Shown in pieces: positions 1 to 10,137 of a stretch of DNA of 64,000 bases. Origin of the DNA: Elsinoe ampelina (Eukaryota). Position numbers and translations under genes: made by a program. The stretch is taken from contig ML992501.1 of NCBI GenBank assembly GCA_010093995.1, positions 1,925,320 to 1,989,319 on the forward strand, written 5' to 3'. The notes under the pieces are model-generated. The model saw only the letters and a program-made list of their open reading frames with translations. It was not told the DNA's origin and searched no databases. Numbering within the stretch: the stretch's first letter is position 1; each line of letters starts with the position of its first letter.

Positions 1-295
1 AGTTGCTTTCTCTCTTAAGAATCTAAGTCTTAAGCATTTTTGCTAATCTAGACATAATAATAGTAATTAGCTAAAGGCCTATTAATTTAATTAATATAAT
101 TAGCTTGTTTAAGCCGTTTAAGCCGTTTAATTAAAGGGTTAATATAGGCTACTACAAGTGTTTATCTTAATGTAGCTAGTCTAGAATTTAGTGTAGGCAG
201 CTTAGTAATCCTTTTAATAATAACACGCTTAATTTACTACAGCTTTAAGTGCTTTTATAGAAGCGCCGGGCTTATAACCTGTTATAACTGGCAAA
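1..295. repeat. AT-rich, RIP-like degenerate repeat/transposon relic (runs off left edge)
   Basis: Very AT-rich with dense TpA (taa/tag/tta/cta) and scarce CpA/TpG; no ORF; abrupt return to normal composition near 300. Matches the known RIP CpA->TpA footprint; original element not identifiable. Confidence 0.7.
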
Positions 296-620
296 TTAGA
301 TCGAGAGACGTGTGTTTCATTCAGAGAGTTACAATAACCGATTTATCTACTGTGCGTGCGCTGACTCATCAGTACCAGTTCTTCAGTACCAGAGAAGCTG
401 TACCAGCCTTCCATTACAACAGCAGCGGCTCAACTCCTCGTACCCACTAGTCAAGTAGTTAGCTATCTTCGCCCTTCGGCTCTCCCACTCACCTGCTCCT
501 CACAATTGATAATTCATACTGGGCATACAAGAATTGCAAGATCAGAGACGTTGATCATCTCTGATCTGCTTGACCCGGTAATCATCGGGCTCTGCCAGCA
601 ATCATGCGACAGTGGCGGTA

Positions 621-1682
621 ATGATCGAACCGCCAGTCCGCCTCAGGCGGGCGATACACATGAATGATGCCTTACTGGTCAAACGCATCATCGAAGCACA
701 TGAGGATCTTCTCGAGAACCCAGACTACGAAGATCGAAGCAATTCTAGCCTGCATCTCGCCGCCGAACTCGGACACAAGGACATTGTTGAGGTCCTCCTT
801 GACGCTGGTCATGATCGAGAGGAGATCTCTCAGAACACGAACTGGGACACACCATTGATGCTTGCAGCTGACAAGTGCCATATCGAAGTCGGAGAGATCC
901 TGCTCAGTCGATGCTCGAGAAGTATACTCTGGAAGAACAAGAAAGGCCTAGATGCACTTTCAATAGCTGCATCAAGGCCGGACTCACACCTTCTGATTGC
1001 GCCTCTGCTGAAGCACCCTGTATACCCGGCTTCAGTTTCACATAAAGATAATCAAGGCAATACTCCACTTCATCACGCCTCTGCTGCTGGTGCTCTCAAA
1101 GCTATCCGTATTTTAATGGAGGCGGGAGCCGACTCAAATGCTAAGAACAATGCGTTCTGGCCCCCACTGTCGTACTCGCAAACAGTACAAGCCGAGGTCT
1201 ACTTCAAGGGTATTATCGCAGACTTTGGCCCCGGAAGATCAAGCAGTGGAGCTCCGAGCATCGCATCGAGCAATGCACCCACCCTGCCACCTGTGCCAAA
1301 CATGGGCAGCCTGAGTAGTTTGAGTGGAAGAGAGACGCCAAATCAAAGCACAGGTAGTCTATCCCGCACCGTGACGAACGATGCCGATTCTATCTTGACA
1401 GGCGTCTCATCAGGACCCGGCACTTTCATAGGTAGAGAAAGAGGCGATAGCAGGGAGAGCAACACAAGTCGAGGCGAAGGCATGAGCCGGACTGAGCAGC
1501 TGAAGCGCAAAGGTGGCGGCGTCAGACTGGTCACCGAGGACGGAGACAGACCGAGCACAGCAGGTGAGACAGCACGAGAATGGAGTCCTGCGGCAAACAG
1601 ACGAGCGGGCACGCCAACCACAGGGAGACCACAATGGACAGGATTTGAGGGAGGCCGAATGAGAGCTAGCAGCGGAGATTAG
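621..1682 (+). CDS. AVO2: Ankyrin-repeat protein, TORC2 subunit Avo2-like
   Basis: ATG at 621 (MIEPPVRLRRAI..., resembles yeast Avo2 N-terminus); ankyrin motifs SLHLAA, TPLMLAA, GNTPLHHA; Ser/Gly-rich disordered tail. Confidence 0.75.
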   Translation: MIEPPVRLRRAIHMNDALLVKRIIEAHEDLLENPDYEDRSNSSLHLAAELGHKDIVEVLLDAGHDREEISQNTNWDTPLMLAADKCHIEVGEILLSRCSRSILWKNKKGLDALSIAASRPDSHLLIAPLLKHPVYPASVSHKDNQGNTPLHHASAAGALKAIRILMEAGADSNAKNNAFWPPLSYSQTVQAEVYFKGIIADFGPGRSSSGAPSIASSNAPTLPPVPNMGSLSSLSGRETPNQSTGSLSRTVTNDADSILTGVSSGPGTFIGRERGDSRESNTSRGEGMSRTEQLKRKGGGVRLVTEDGDRPSTAGETAREWSPAANRRAGTPTTGRPQWTGFEGGRMRASSGD

Positions 1683-1822
1683 TCAGAAATCACGCGTAAA
1701 GACAAGCTCATGGAGTACCCACCAGTGGATATGAGCTGGATGCAATCGTAGTTGGTATTGAAGCTGACTGAACGCTGTCGATGTATACATAATAACCCTT
1801 TGACCTGTTCCCAAATTTCTCT

Positions 1823-2653
1823 CTACCGAGCCGCCGGCTTCGGCCGACTTGCAGCACTAATCCTCACCTTCCCGTCATTACTCTTGCCCGCCGTCGAGCT
1901 CGCCTTGTTCGCAGCACCAGCAGCCGGCTTCGCCCCAGCGCCCACCTTACCCGCACCACTACTCCCAGTCTTACTCAACGCGCCCGGTCGACTCGCAGCA
2001 CTGATCTTAACCTTCCCACCCTGGCCCCCAACAGCACTCGGCTTCGTCTCCTTCTTCACCCCATTAGACGCAGGCAACGCCTTCTGCCCTGCCCCAGCGC
2101 CCGTCGCCGTCTTCTTCATACCCCCTATCGCACCCCCGGCAAAACTCCCCGCCGTATCAGTGAAACCCGACACACTCTTCGCCACACCACCCCCGGGTCT
2201 CGACGCCGCAGAAATCGTCTTCATCCCCTGGCCGGCCTTCTTCCCCGCCACACCGGACGCATTCCCCACGACCTTCTGCCCACTGCCCACCGCCCCAGTC
2301 AACGCCTTCGTCCCCTTCTGCCCCGCCCCACCAACAACTTTCTTCGCCCCTCCCGCCGTGGCCGAGATATTCGGCGTGCTATGCGCCGCCGCCGACGGGC
2401 TTTTCGTGACTGTGCTCTTGACTCGTCCGTCTTGTGTCGCCGTGCTGTCCATCATGTACTCGCCCACGCTGTTGATGGCGTTGCCGCCTTTGGCGATGAA
2501 GCCTGCTACTCCATTGCCGACTGCGTTGCCCCCGGATTCGATCAGTTGCCCGACGCCGCCGACTGCGTTGCCTGCTATGCCGCCGGCGTAGGTGATGCCG
2601 GTGGAGACGACGCCGAGGGCTTTGTCTTGGATGTAGTTGCCTATGAAGGCCAT
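1823..2653 (-). CDS. Gly/Ala/Lys-rich hypothetical protein with internal repeats
   Basis: 276 aa ATG-initiated ORF with ACAATGG context; glycine-zipper-like N-terminus (GGIAGNAVGGVGQLIESGG); ISAASRP motif occurs three times. Confidence 0.7.
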   Translation of the reverse strand: MAFIGNYIQDKALGVVSTGITYAGGIAGNAVGGVGQLIESGGNAVGNGVAGFIAKGGNAINSVGEYMMDSTATQDGRVKSTVTKSPSAAAHSTPNISATAGGAKKVVGGAGQKGTKALTGAVGSGQKVVGNASGVAGKKAGQGMKTISAASRPGGGVAKSVSGFTDTAGSFAGGAIGGMKKTATGAGAGQKALPASNGVKKETKPSAVGGQGGKVKISAASRPGALSKTGSSGAGKVGAGAKPAAGAANKASSTAGKSNDGKVRISAASRPKPAAR

Positions 2654-3278
2654 TGTGGTAGGGGTGGGTGAGAGGTGGAGTGGGTGGATGGGCTGTAGTG
2701 TTTGGGGCGTGCTGAAGGAATTGGTGGTGATGCGAGTAGCTCAGATCAGGCTGGGAAGCTGTGTGATGATTGTGGTAGGCTTAGGGCGAAAGTGAGGGTC
2801 CTCATTGAAACGAATTCTTGATCTCGAAGCGTCTGGGGTAAGGTTGTGCAAAGGGCACGGGAGCTCATGCAAGGTGACGTCTACGGTGGGTCGGAGGCAA
2901 ACGAAGAGCGATCGACGGTGAGCAACTCTAGCCGCCGATCAAGAGTGGGAACGCACGTTTGCCTCGTTGGATCCGAGTTGCAAGCTTGGGAGGACACGAA
3001 CGATCATCATTGAGTTCACGAATGTCTCAGAGAAACCCGGTTACGAAAACAGATATGATTATATAGAAGCTTGACTAAGGTATCTCGCTCTCGCTATGCC
3101 GGGTCTGTCATTTGTCGATATTGTGCGTTCTGGTGGTGGAAAGCCGCCCTTTCTGGGATAAGTGTAGTAAAGCATAGCCGTGAATCGTAGAAATACATGA
3201 TATAGGGGCGCTGACGCCTGTGTACGCCGAACCCCGTTGCCTCCCGTTCTGTCCAGGTCCAATCATTATCTCAACCTT

Positions 3279-3906
3279 TTACGCACCCTGTCTCGCTTTC
3301 TCTGCGCAGATCAGAGCGATGATCCGACTGAGCTCGGCGCTTTGTGCAGCGTGTTCGCGAATGACCTTCTCGTCGACACCTCCAGTCTTCGAGATCTCAG
3401 CAGTGCTCTTGAGCATGCGGTTCTGAAGGGCAAGCATCTTCTGAAGGGTGTTGTCGAGGAATGGAGCTGAGAAGCTGACACTATCTGCACCTGAAGTAGG
3501 CAGACGCATCTCAAGCTTGCGAGGGCGCTTGCGCTCCTCGGGCTCTTCGAATGCTTGTCCGTTCGGCTTTGGTCTGTACGCGAATCAGTGTTTGCTCACG
3601 CTTACTAGACTTGATAATCGCTCACCGTTCAACAAATGTGATGCTCTCTGCCATTTCGGCGACTCTGTTTGCAATCCTGTTGGCCATGATGGCATATGCT
3701 GATGTGACGCCTTGCTGAGGGGTTTCGCCGGCCGTCGAGTGTGCCTTTGGTACCGCTGGCTTGCGAACCATCTGGTTCTTTGGGAGAGAAGCTGAACGGA
3801 CGTTTCGTCGTGCTGGAACACCATTTCCGACTGGTCTTGTCATACCATTCGACTGGTGTACACCATTTGTGCGAGGAGCGCCGTTTGTCTGTGGGATAGC
3901 TGCCAT
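3279..3906 (-). CDS. Hypothetical protein (2 exons)
   Basis: ATG 3906; intron 3625-3574 (GTGAGC...CTGAT...ACAG) joins the 94 aa ORF in frame to the frame containing MRLPTSG...; stop at 3279. Confidence 0.55.
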
Positions 3907-4440
3907 TGTGAATTGCGGTGAGGGACGTGTAAAGTGCTACGCGGGGTGAAGGCTTCGTGTAGTGAACAAAGTGTGGCTTTCGTGAATGTAAGAAGGGAAA
4001 CCGAAAGTGGAGAATCGCAGAAACAAGTCGATAATCGGTCACTTCTGGTTCTGCAAGGACTGAAGAGGGAGTGAAAAGGTGGATGTGGCCCGCGTGGACA
4101 TGGCTGGGCTGGATCGAGCTCCATCAGAGGTTGCATGAAGATACGTCATGGTTGAAGGCGGCCCGCACCTGCGGAGGCCCAGTGGGTGACGGTGGATGCC
4201 CAGCGGAGCAGAAGCGGTAGGGATCACACGAATTTCAAGGAATTCGTGGCGTTTCGTGGCTCCTCGCGTTTCCTCTTCAAGCTAGCGATCACGAAGCAAA
4301 TCTTCGATGACAGCCGCATTTTGTGGCACAGACTACGAAACTATCCCCGACCACGGCTGGAGTGGATCAGACACATGTAGCGCCGAACTTCTTCGGATCT
4401 TCTGGCCGGTCAGATATGCAGCCTCATACACATCACAGCA

Positions 4441-6438
4441 ATGGCAGCGAAGAGGAAGCCTTCCAATCTGGGAGCTGGCTTGAGTCTGGACAAACCTCAA
4501 GTCGGCATACATCCCGCGGGTCCTCCAGCTCACAATGCTCTTGGACAAGCCGAACGAGCATTTTCTGCGGCATCAACATTTCTTTCAGGAATTTTGGCAA
4601 TCAGTGCCTCTCAATTCATCGGCGCCCCGCTGAAATTGGTTGATCCCAAGTTTTACGATGGCTACATGGCATGGACGAAGGAGTCCTTTGCGGTTCTGGT
4701 CACGACCATGACACAATGGTGGGCGCCAACAGTGTTCAGAGTTACTGGAGACGACAGCATGAAGGATCAACTTTTCCAGATGCCAGATGGTAGTCTGAGG
4801 TGCAACTTTCCTCATCGCCTGGTCATGATGGCAAATCATCAATTGTACACGGACTGGCTGTATCTATGGTTCGTGGCATACACCAACAAGATGCATGGTC
4901 GCATTTACATCATCCTCAAGGAGTCACTAAAGAACGTGCCAATCTTTGGCTGGGGCGCTCAATTCTACAACTTTATCTTCCTCGCGCGCAAGTGGGAGAC
5001 AGATAAGCCACGCTTCCGGAGACATCTGCAAGCCTTGAGCAATCCCAAAGATCCCATGTGGCTGCTCATCTTTCCAGAAGGCACGAATCTGAGTGCTACC
5101 ACACGTCAGAAGAGTAAGGCCTGGGCTGAAAAGACCGGTGTTCCAGATATGAAGCACCAACTCCTCCCAAGAAGTACCGGCCTGCAATTCTGTTTACAGG
5201 AGCTCAAAGAGACCACGAATTGGCTGTACGATGCAACGATTGCTTATGAAGGAGTTCCCGAAGGACAATTTGGTCAAGACATTTTCACGCTACGCTCGTC
5301 ATTGTTTGAAGGCCGGCCACCGAAGTCTGTCAACATGTACTGGCGCAGATTCCGTATCTCGGACATTCCAATCGATGACTCAGAGAAGTTCTCGCAGTGG
5401 CTTCGTCAGAGATGGGTCGAGAAAGATTATCTTCTCGAATTCTTCCAAAGACATGGCTCATTCCCAGAAGGAGATCCAACTCAAGCAATCAAGCAAGAAA
5501 TCGCTCTGGCCAAGTTCGCAGCAGAGCAGAAGAAGGCAGGTGGCAAGTCAATTGTCAAAGCATCACCCAAGTTGGCAAAATTCATCACAACTGATGTCAG
5601 GGCTGGAGGAATGGAAGAATTCATGGGCATTTTCGCGCCGATAGCTACAGCCGCGACAGCGATATCAAGCGGTGAGCTAACACCTGAGAATGTCGACTTT
5701 GATGCCCTTCTCGCCAAGGTCGCTGCTCAACAGAAAGGTGCGATAAAGAACGGTATGCCACCAATGCCGGCCATGCCTGGATTGCCACCCGGAAACGCTG
5801 CAGCTCTCAATATGACGCAAAAGTCGGCAACCAAACCAACCACAGCAAAACTTACAGCTGGACAGAACCTTGATCCAGAGGTGCGGAGCTTGATTGAGAA
5901 TGCCAATTCAAAGGTCCAACAGCGGCTGCAAAAAGCTGCCACGCCAGCAGCTAGAAAGGCTCCCAATATCAAGAACAGCATTCCAATGACGCCTATGGAG
6001 ACTGTTCTCACTAGGCCAATCAGTACGCTAGCGATGCAACGAGGTGCCGGTGCTCTCGCCAGACTTGGACCTAAGGTCGAACAAGGGCGAAAGGCAGTTG
6101 AAGCCAAGGCACAAGCAACGAGCAAAGGTGTGCCCACGAAAGTAAATGGCACTGCTGGCAGTACATACGGACCTGTTCGCCCACCTGGACCCCAGAGACG
6201 AGGCAGTGTCCACACCATCAGCTCTTCGAGCACCACTAGCACCAACAGAGCCGTGCCGGTCAGACGTACGACAAATGGTACATCTGCCGCAGGCACCACA
6301 CCAAAGACCCCAAACAAGGGCATCACAGTGGAAAACAAGACCAAACATCCTCTAGCAGGAAAGACGATCAGCAAGGAAGCTTGGGAGAAATCGCAGAACC
6401 ACACGACGATTGGGCAGAAGAAAGTAGCTAAAGCATAG
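4441..6438 (+). CDS. Lysophospholipid (1-acylglycerol-3-phosphate family) acyltransferase, Cst26/LCLAT-like, with long C-terminal extension
   Basis: Acyltransferase motifs NHQLYTD (HX4D), FIFLARKW, IFPEGT, LLPRSTG, LYDATIAY; ~300 aa basic low-complexity tail. Confidence 0.88.
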   Translation: MAAKRKPSNLGAGLSLDKPQVGIHPAGPPAHNALGQAERAFSAASTFLSGILAISASQFIGAPLKLVDPKFYDGYMAWTKESFAVLVTTMTQWWAPTVFRVTGDDSMKDQLFQMPDGSLRCNFPHRLVMMANHQLYTDWLYLWFVAYTNKMHGRIYIILKESLKNVPIFGWGAQFYNFIFLARKWETDKPRFRRHLQALSNPKDPMWLLIFPEGTNLSATTRQKSKAWAEKTGVPDMKHQLLPRSTGLQFCLQELKETTNWLYDATIAYEGVPEGQFGQDIFTLRSSLFEGRPPKSVNMYWRRFRISDIPIDDSEKFSQWLRQRWVEKDYLLEFFQRHGSFPEGDPTQAIKQEIALAKFAAEQKKAGGKSIVKASPKLAKFITTDVRAGGMEEFMGIFAPIATAATAISSGELTPENVDFDALLAKVAAQQKGAIKNGMPPMPAMPGLPPGNAAALNMTQKSATKPTTAKLTAGQNLDPEVRSLIENANSKVQQRLQKAATPAARKAPNIKNSIPMTPMETVLTRPISTLAMQRGAGALARLGPKVEQGRKAVEAKAQATSKGVPTKVNGTAGSTYGPVRPPGPQRRGSVHTISSSSTTSTNRAVPVRRTTNGTSAAGTTPKTPNKGITVENKTKHPLAGKTISKEAWEKSQNHTTIGQKKVAKA

Positions 6439-7441
6439 CGGCAGCGAGGATGACTTTACGACAGCATAGCGATACGGAAGCACAGATACCACAGCACAGT
6501 TGGGATGTAATGGATTTGCGAAATGTATATTGTTTTTCGTCCTCACTATGTTGTGGCAGTCTCATAGTCCCTTCGTCACATTGGTCTATTCGGTCGAGTG
6601 GCCAATCATGTTCCTTGTTAATATGAGCACCGTATCTACCTGATGGTACCACTGTTCCTCAAGGCCGACCGGTCACACAAGCATCATCTTTCATTACGCG
6701 GGCTGAACACGAGATCTAATGGCACGGTCGAAGCAATTGATCCCTGCCTAGCGAAGATGCACGGTAGACTGGGTGCCTGATCGCCACGACAGGGGCAGAC
6801 AGAGTGTAATGCCAATGGTATGCCAATGATATATATCTCGACCCGTTGCCCAAACCATCCACTTCCCATCCTCCAGCCATCGACTGCTCATCCGAGACCT
6901 CCTACGCCATGTTTGGGAGGAATTGGGAAGTGTCCTCGACGGAGAGGACGTGAGATGTCCTGAGGTGGCGCGAGTCGACTTGTGAAGGACAGCAGGTGCG
7001 GTGTAACGACAGGAATTTACTGAGGTCTATGCTACTTACGATGTTTGGAGCTATGACTTCGTAAGAAGGAAATGCTCAAACAGAAACAATGATAACTAAA
7101 AAAAATCCCATCATACGTACCCTCCCTAATCCAACTAGACGCCGACTGTTTGACTGCAGATGCTCTGTAATATTTTGCTGTATGATTTCTCTATCGAATG
7201 ATGCGAATTGTGATTTCCGATTGCTACGTTGGTTGTTGAACATTAGGAATCGAGGGTGCATGGCGGGCATTTGATGAGTATGTACATCGCCGAACGTTGC
7301 CCCGGTGACGCAGCCCAAAGCAGCAATATCAAACCATCCACAAATCTTCAAGTCTAGACATTCATTCAAGGTTTGAGTGGCATTTGCGCTGGAGTCTGTC
7401 TGGTAGTGTATTTCTTTGTGCGTCTGGATTCTAAAGTCAAG

Positions 7442-9544
7442 ATGAGCACTGTCAGAGTAGTCGCTCGCATCCGCCCACTGCTCAAGGCCGAATTGGACAA
7501 GGACATCATTGTCGAGAACACTACTGGCACTTCCGTCGTTCGCATACCGAATCCAAGGAACGAATCCGAGGCCTTTAGCTTTCAGTTCGCCTCCGTCTAC
7601 GACCATGATGCGACCCAGCAGCAGCTTTTCGATGAGGAGGTGTCGCCCACTGTCAAGAGCTTGTTCAAAGGGGTAGACGTGACCATCTTCGCATATGGCG
7701 TCACAGGCACCGGCAAGACACATACGATGAGAGGAGGGAAGAGTCTTGCAGACCGCGGTGTCATTCCGAGATTGCTGAGCAGCATATACAGAAGGGCGAA
7801 AAAAATCGAGCGGGACACGGCTGGAGAAACAAAGATCGACGTGTCCATGAGCTATTACGAGATCTACTGCGATCGCGTATATGATCTCTTCGAGTCACCC
7901 GACAAGAGGACACCCGCTGGGCTTCCGATCCGAGACAATGGCGGCAAGACAGTCGTGGTCGGTTTGACAGAACGACCCTGCACGACCTTGAAAGAGTTCG
8001 AGCAACTTTACGACCAGGCCAATGTGAACAGATCCACCTCAGCGACTAAGCTCAATGCCCATTCCTCCAGGTCGCATGCCATCCTGTCGGTGAAGGTTAC
8101 GCAGACGACCGGTGACGAGGTTCGGGTGAGCAGCGTCAGTGCTATCGATCTTGCAGGATCCGAAGACAACAGGCGGACGGACAATGGGAAAGATCGCATG
8201 GTCGAATCCTCTGCGATCAACAAGTCGCTTTTCGTCCTTGCGCAATGTGTCGAAGCCATCAGCAAGAAGCAGTCTCGCATTCCCTATCGCGAATCAAGAA
8301 TGACCAGAATTCTGTCTCTAGGTCAGAACAACGGCGTTACGATCATGATACTCAATCTTGCGCCAGTGCGGAGCTACCACCTGGACACACTGAGCTCGCT
8401 CAATTTCGCGAACCGTACCAAAAAGATTGAGGTCAACGAAGTCGAGAATCAGCCAATGTTCAGAGCGCCAGGCAAAGCGGAGACCTCGTCACTTACTGGG
8501 CCATCGATGAATCGGCAGCCGCTCCGTCCTAAGAATATATCAGCCAACATCGTGCCCCGCGACATGACAACAAAAGCAGACAAACCTGTCAAATCGTTCA
8601 TGGTGTATGCCGAGAAGTCTAAGCCTAGTCTCGCCAGGACCGAGATTGCTAGTCTGAAGCAAGGAAGTAAGAGAAGCAGTAGCGAGGCTCAGAACTTGAT
8701 GAGACCTACAAAGATTGCCAGGACGACAGAGTCGGCTCGTCCCACCTACCAGAATAACGCCTTCACGGCCGAGTCGATCGAAGCCATGATTGAGCGTAAG
8801 GTCAACGAGAAGCTGGCATCAGCAACCATGAATGCGACTGTGTCAGCAGCAAGCACGCATTCAATCTCGAAAGAGGTCCAAGCACGACTCGACGCTCTCG
8901 AGCAACGCGTGGGATCGCAGGAGACTGAGAGGTCAGAGGGACTTCAATACCTACTTATGGCAAAGCAGCATCAGGTGCGGGGTGAAGAGAACAGTGCCCT
9001 GAAGATGTATCAGCTCGCATTGCCATTCTTCCCAGGAAATGAGAAGCTGAACCGGAAGATCCTGTCATTGCAAGATCGCCTGACAAGGAAGACGACAATA
9101 CCAGAGGTGCATGATGAAGAAGAGCCGGCAGAGCGTCCCGAGGCATCGCGACACCATGATGAAGATGCTTCTTTCCACGACGATGATCATGCTGCAGAAG
9201 AGGACGAGGACGACTCGTTCCTCCCCATCAAACGTCAGCCAAAGAAGAAAAAGCTTCAAGTACGGGTCGATCGAGTCTCTGGATCAGAAGACGAGCTTTC
9301 TTTACCCAATGCAGAGACTCCAAGAACTAAAGAGCTCCTGAAAATCATCAATACCAGAGATGTCGGCCAGATTCGATTACTGAAGGGCGTCGGAGCGAAA
9401 AAGGCAGAGATGATTGTCAACTGTCTCTGTGAGATGGAGGAGCATGCAGAATTGCGAGGTCTATCAGAGCTAGGCAAACTGAAAGGCGTGGGTGTCAAGG
9501 GTGTAGAGAAGATGAGGGAGGGCCTGGCTGTCGGCGTGTTCTGA
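7442..9544 (+). CDS. Kinesin-10 (KIF22/Kid-like) motor with C-terminal helix-hairpin-helix
   Basis: ATG 7442 MSTVRVVARIRP; P-loop GVTGTGKT, switch I NAHSSRSH, switch II DLAGSE, IPYRES; C-terminal LKGVGAKKA/LKGVGVKG HhH repeats. Confidence 0.92.
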   Translation: MSTVRVVARIRPLLKAELDKDIIVENTTGTSVVRIPNPRNESEAFSFQFASVYDHDATQQQLFDEEVSPTVKSLFKGVDVTIFAYGVTGTGKTHTMRGGKSLADRGVIPRLLSSIYRRAKKIERDTAGETKIDVSMSYYEIYCDRVYDLFESPDKRTPAGLPIRDNGGKTVVVGLTERPCTTLKEFEQLYDQANVNRSTSATKLNAHSSRSHAILSVKVTQTTGDEVRVSSVSAIDLAGSEDNRRTDNGKDRMVESSAINKSLFVLAQCVEAISKKQSRIPYRESRMTRILSLGQNNGVTIMILNLAPVRSYHLDTLSSLNFANRTKKIEVNEVENQPMFRAPGKAETSSLTGPSMNRQPLRPKNISANIVPRDMTTKADKPVKSFMVYAEKSKPSLARTEIASLKQGSKRSSSEAQNLMRPTKIARTTESARPTYQNNAFTAESIEAMIERKVNEKLASATMNATVSAASTHSISKEVQARLDALEQRVGSQETERSEGLQYLLMAKQHQVRGEENSALKMYQLALPFFPGNEKLNRKILSLQDRLTRKTTIPEVHDEEEPAERPEASRHHDEDASFHDDDHAAEEDEDDSFLPIKRQPKKKKLQVRVDRVSGSEDELSLPNAETPRTKELLKIINTRDVGQIRLLKGVGAKKAEMIVNCLCEMEEHAELRGLSELGKLKGVGVKGVEKMREGLAVGVF

Positions 9545-10137
9545 TTGTGGGCTCGACCGTACGTTCGAGATCAAACCTTGCATAGCGATGGCGGTAGCGT
9601 TTTGTATCACCAGGACATGGACTCGATCTTGACGTGATGATTGCATGTATGTTGAATGAGTGATGGCCGCATTCAGAGCTATGTCAGAGACAGCGTTCGG
9701 CGTGCAGCAAAGTGAATCCGACATGTGATTGGCTGGCTGACCTCATCCCGCAAGAGTCCACGGCCAGCTGTTCACCAAACGTTGTCAGTCCAAAATATAC
9801 AGCTTCGGTCAGGCTGCGATATTACTGCCTGCAGTCGATCCATCTCCTCATCATCTTCCCTACCTCTCGCAGGTCGCAATTGGCTCCTGCAAACAGCGCT
9901 GGCAATCTGTTCCGACCTTGCCGTAGCAGCTTCGTCCCACCTGGTGAGCCGGACGCTCGAGAAGCTAGAGTCGACCTTGATCCATTTAGGATCATCAGCC
10001 AGTCTGCAACCCTTCTCCCAACTCGCCGGCCTCATTCATCAAGTGTAGAAACGTCAAGCTCGATACATACCTCCTCGCGTCCGAGAGCCGGCCAGATAGG
10101 AGCTCACCGCGGTGAAGCCCCTTGATTCATTTGCGAC

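Noticed and set aside
6650..7400. Structured ncRNA or tRNA in the acyltransferase-kinesin intergenic region
   Set aside because: No tRNA A/B boxes, snoRNA or RNase P/MRP signature that I could support; an Infernal/tRNAscan run would be needed.
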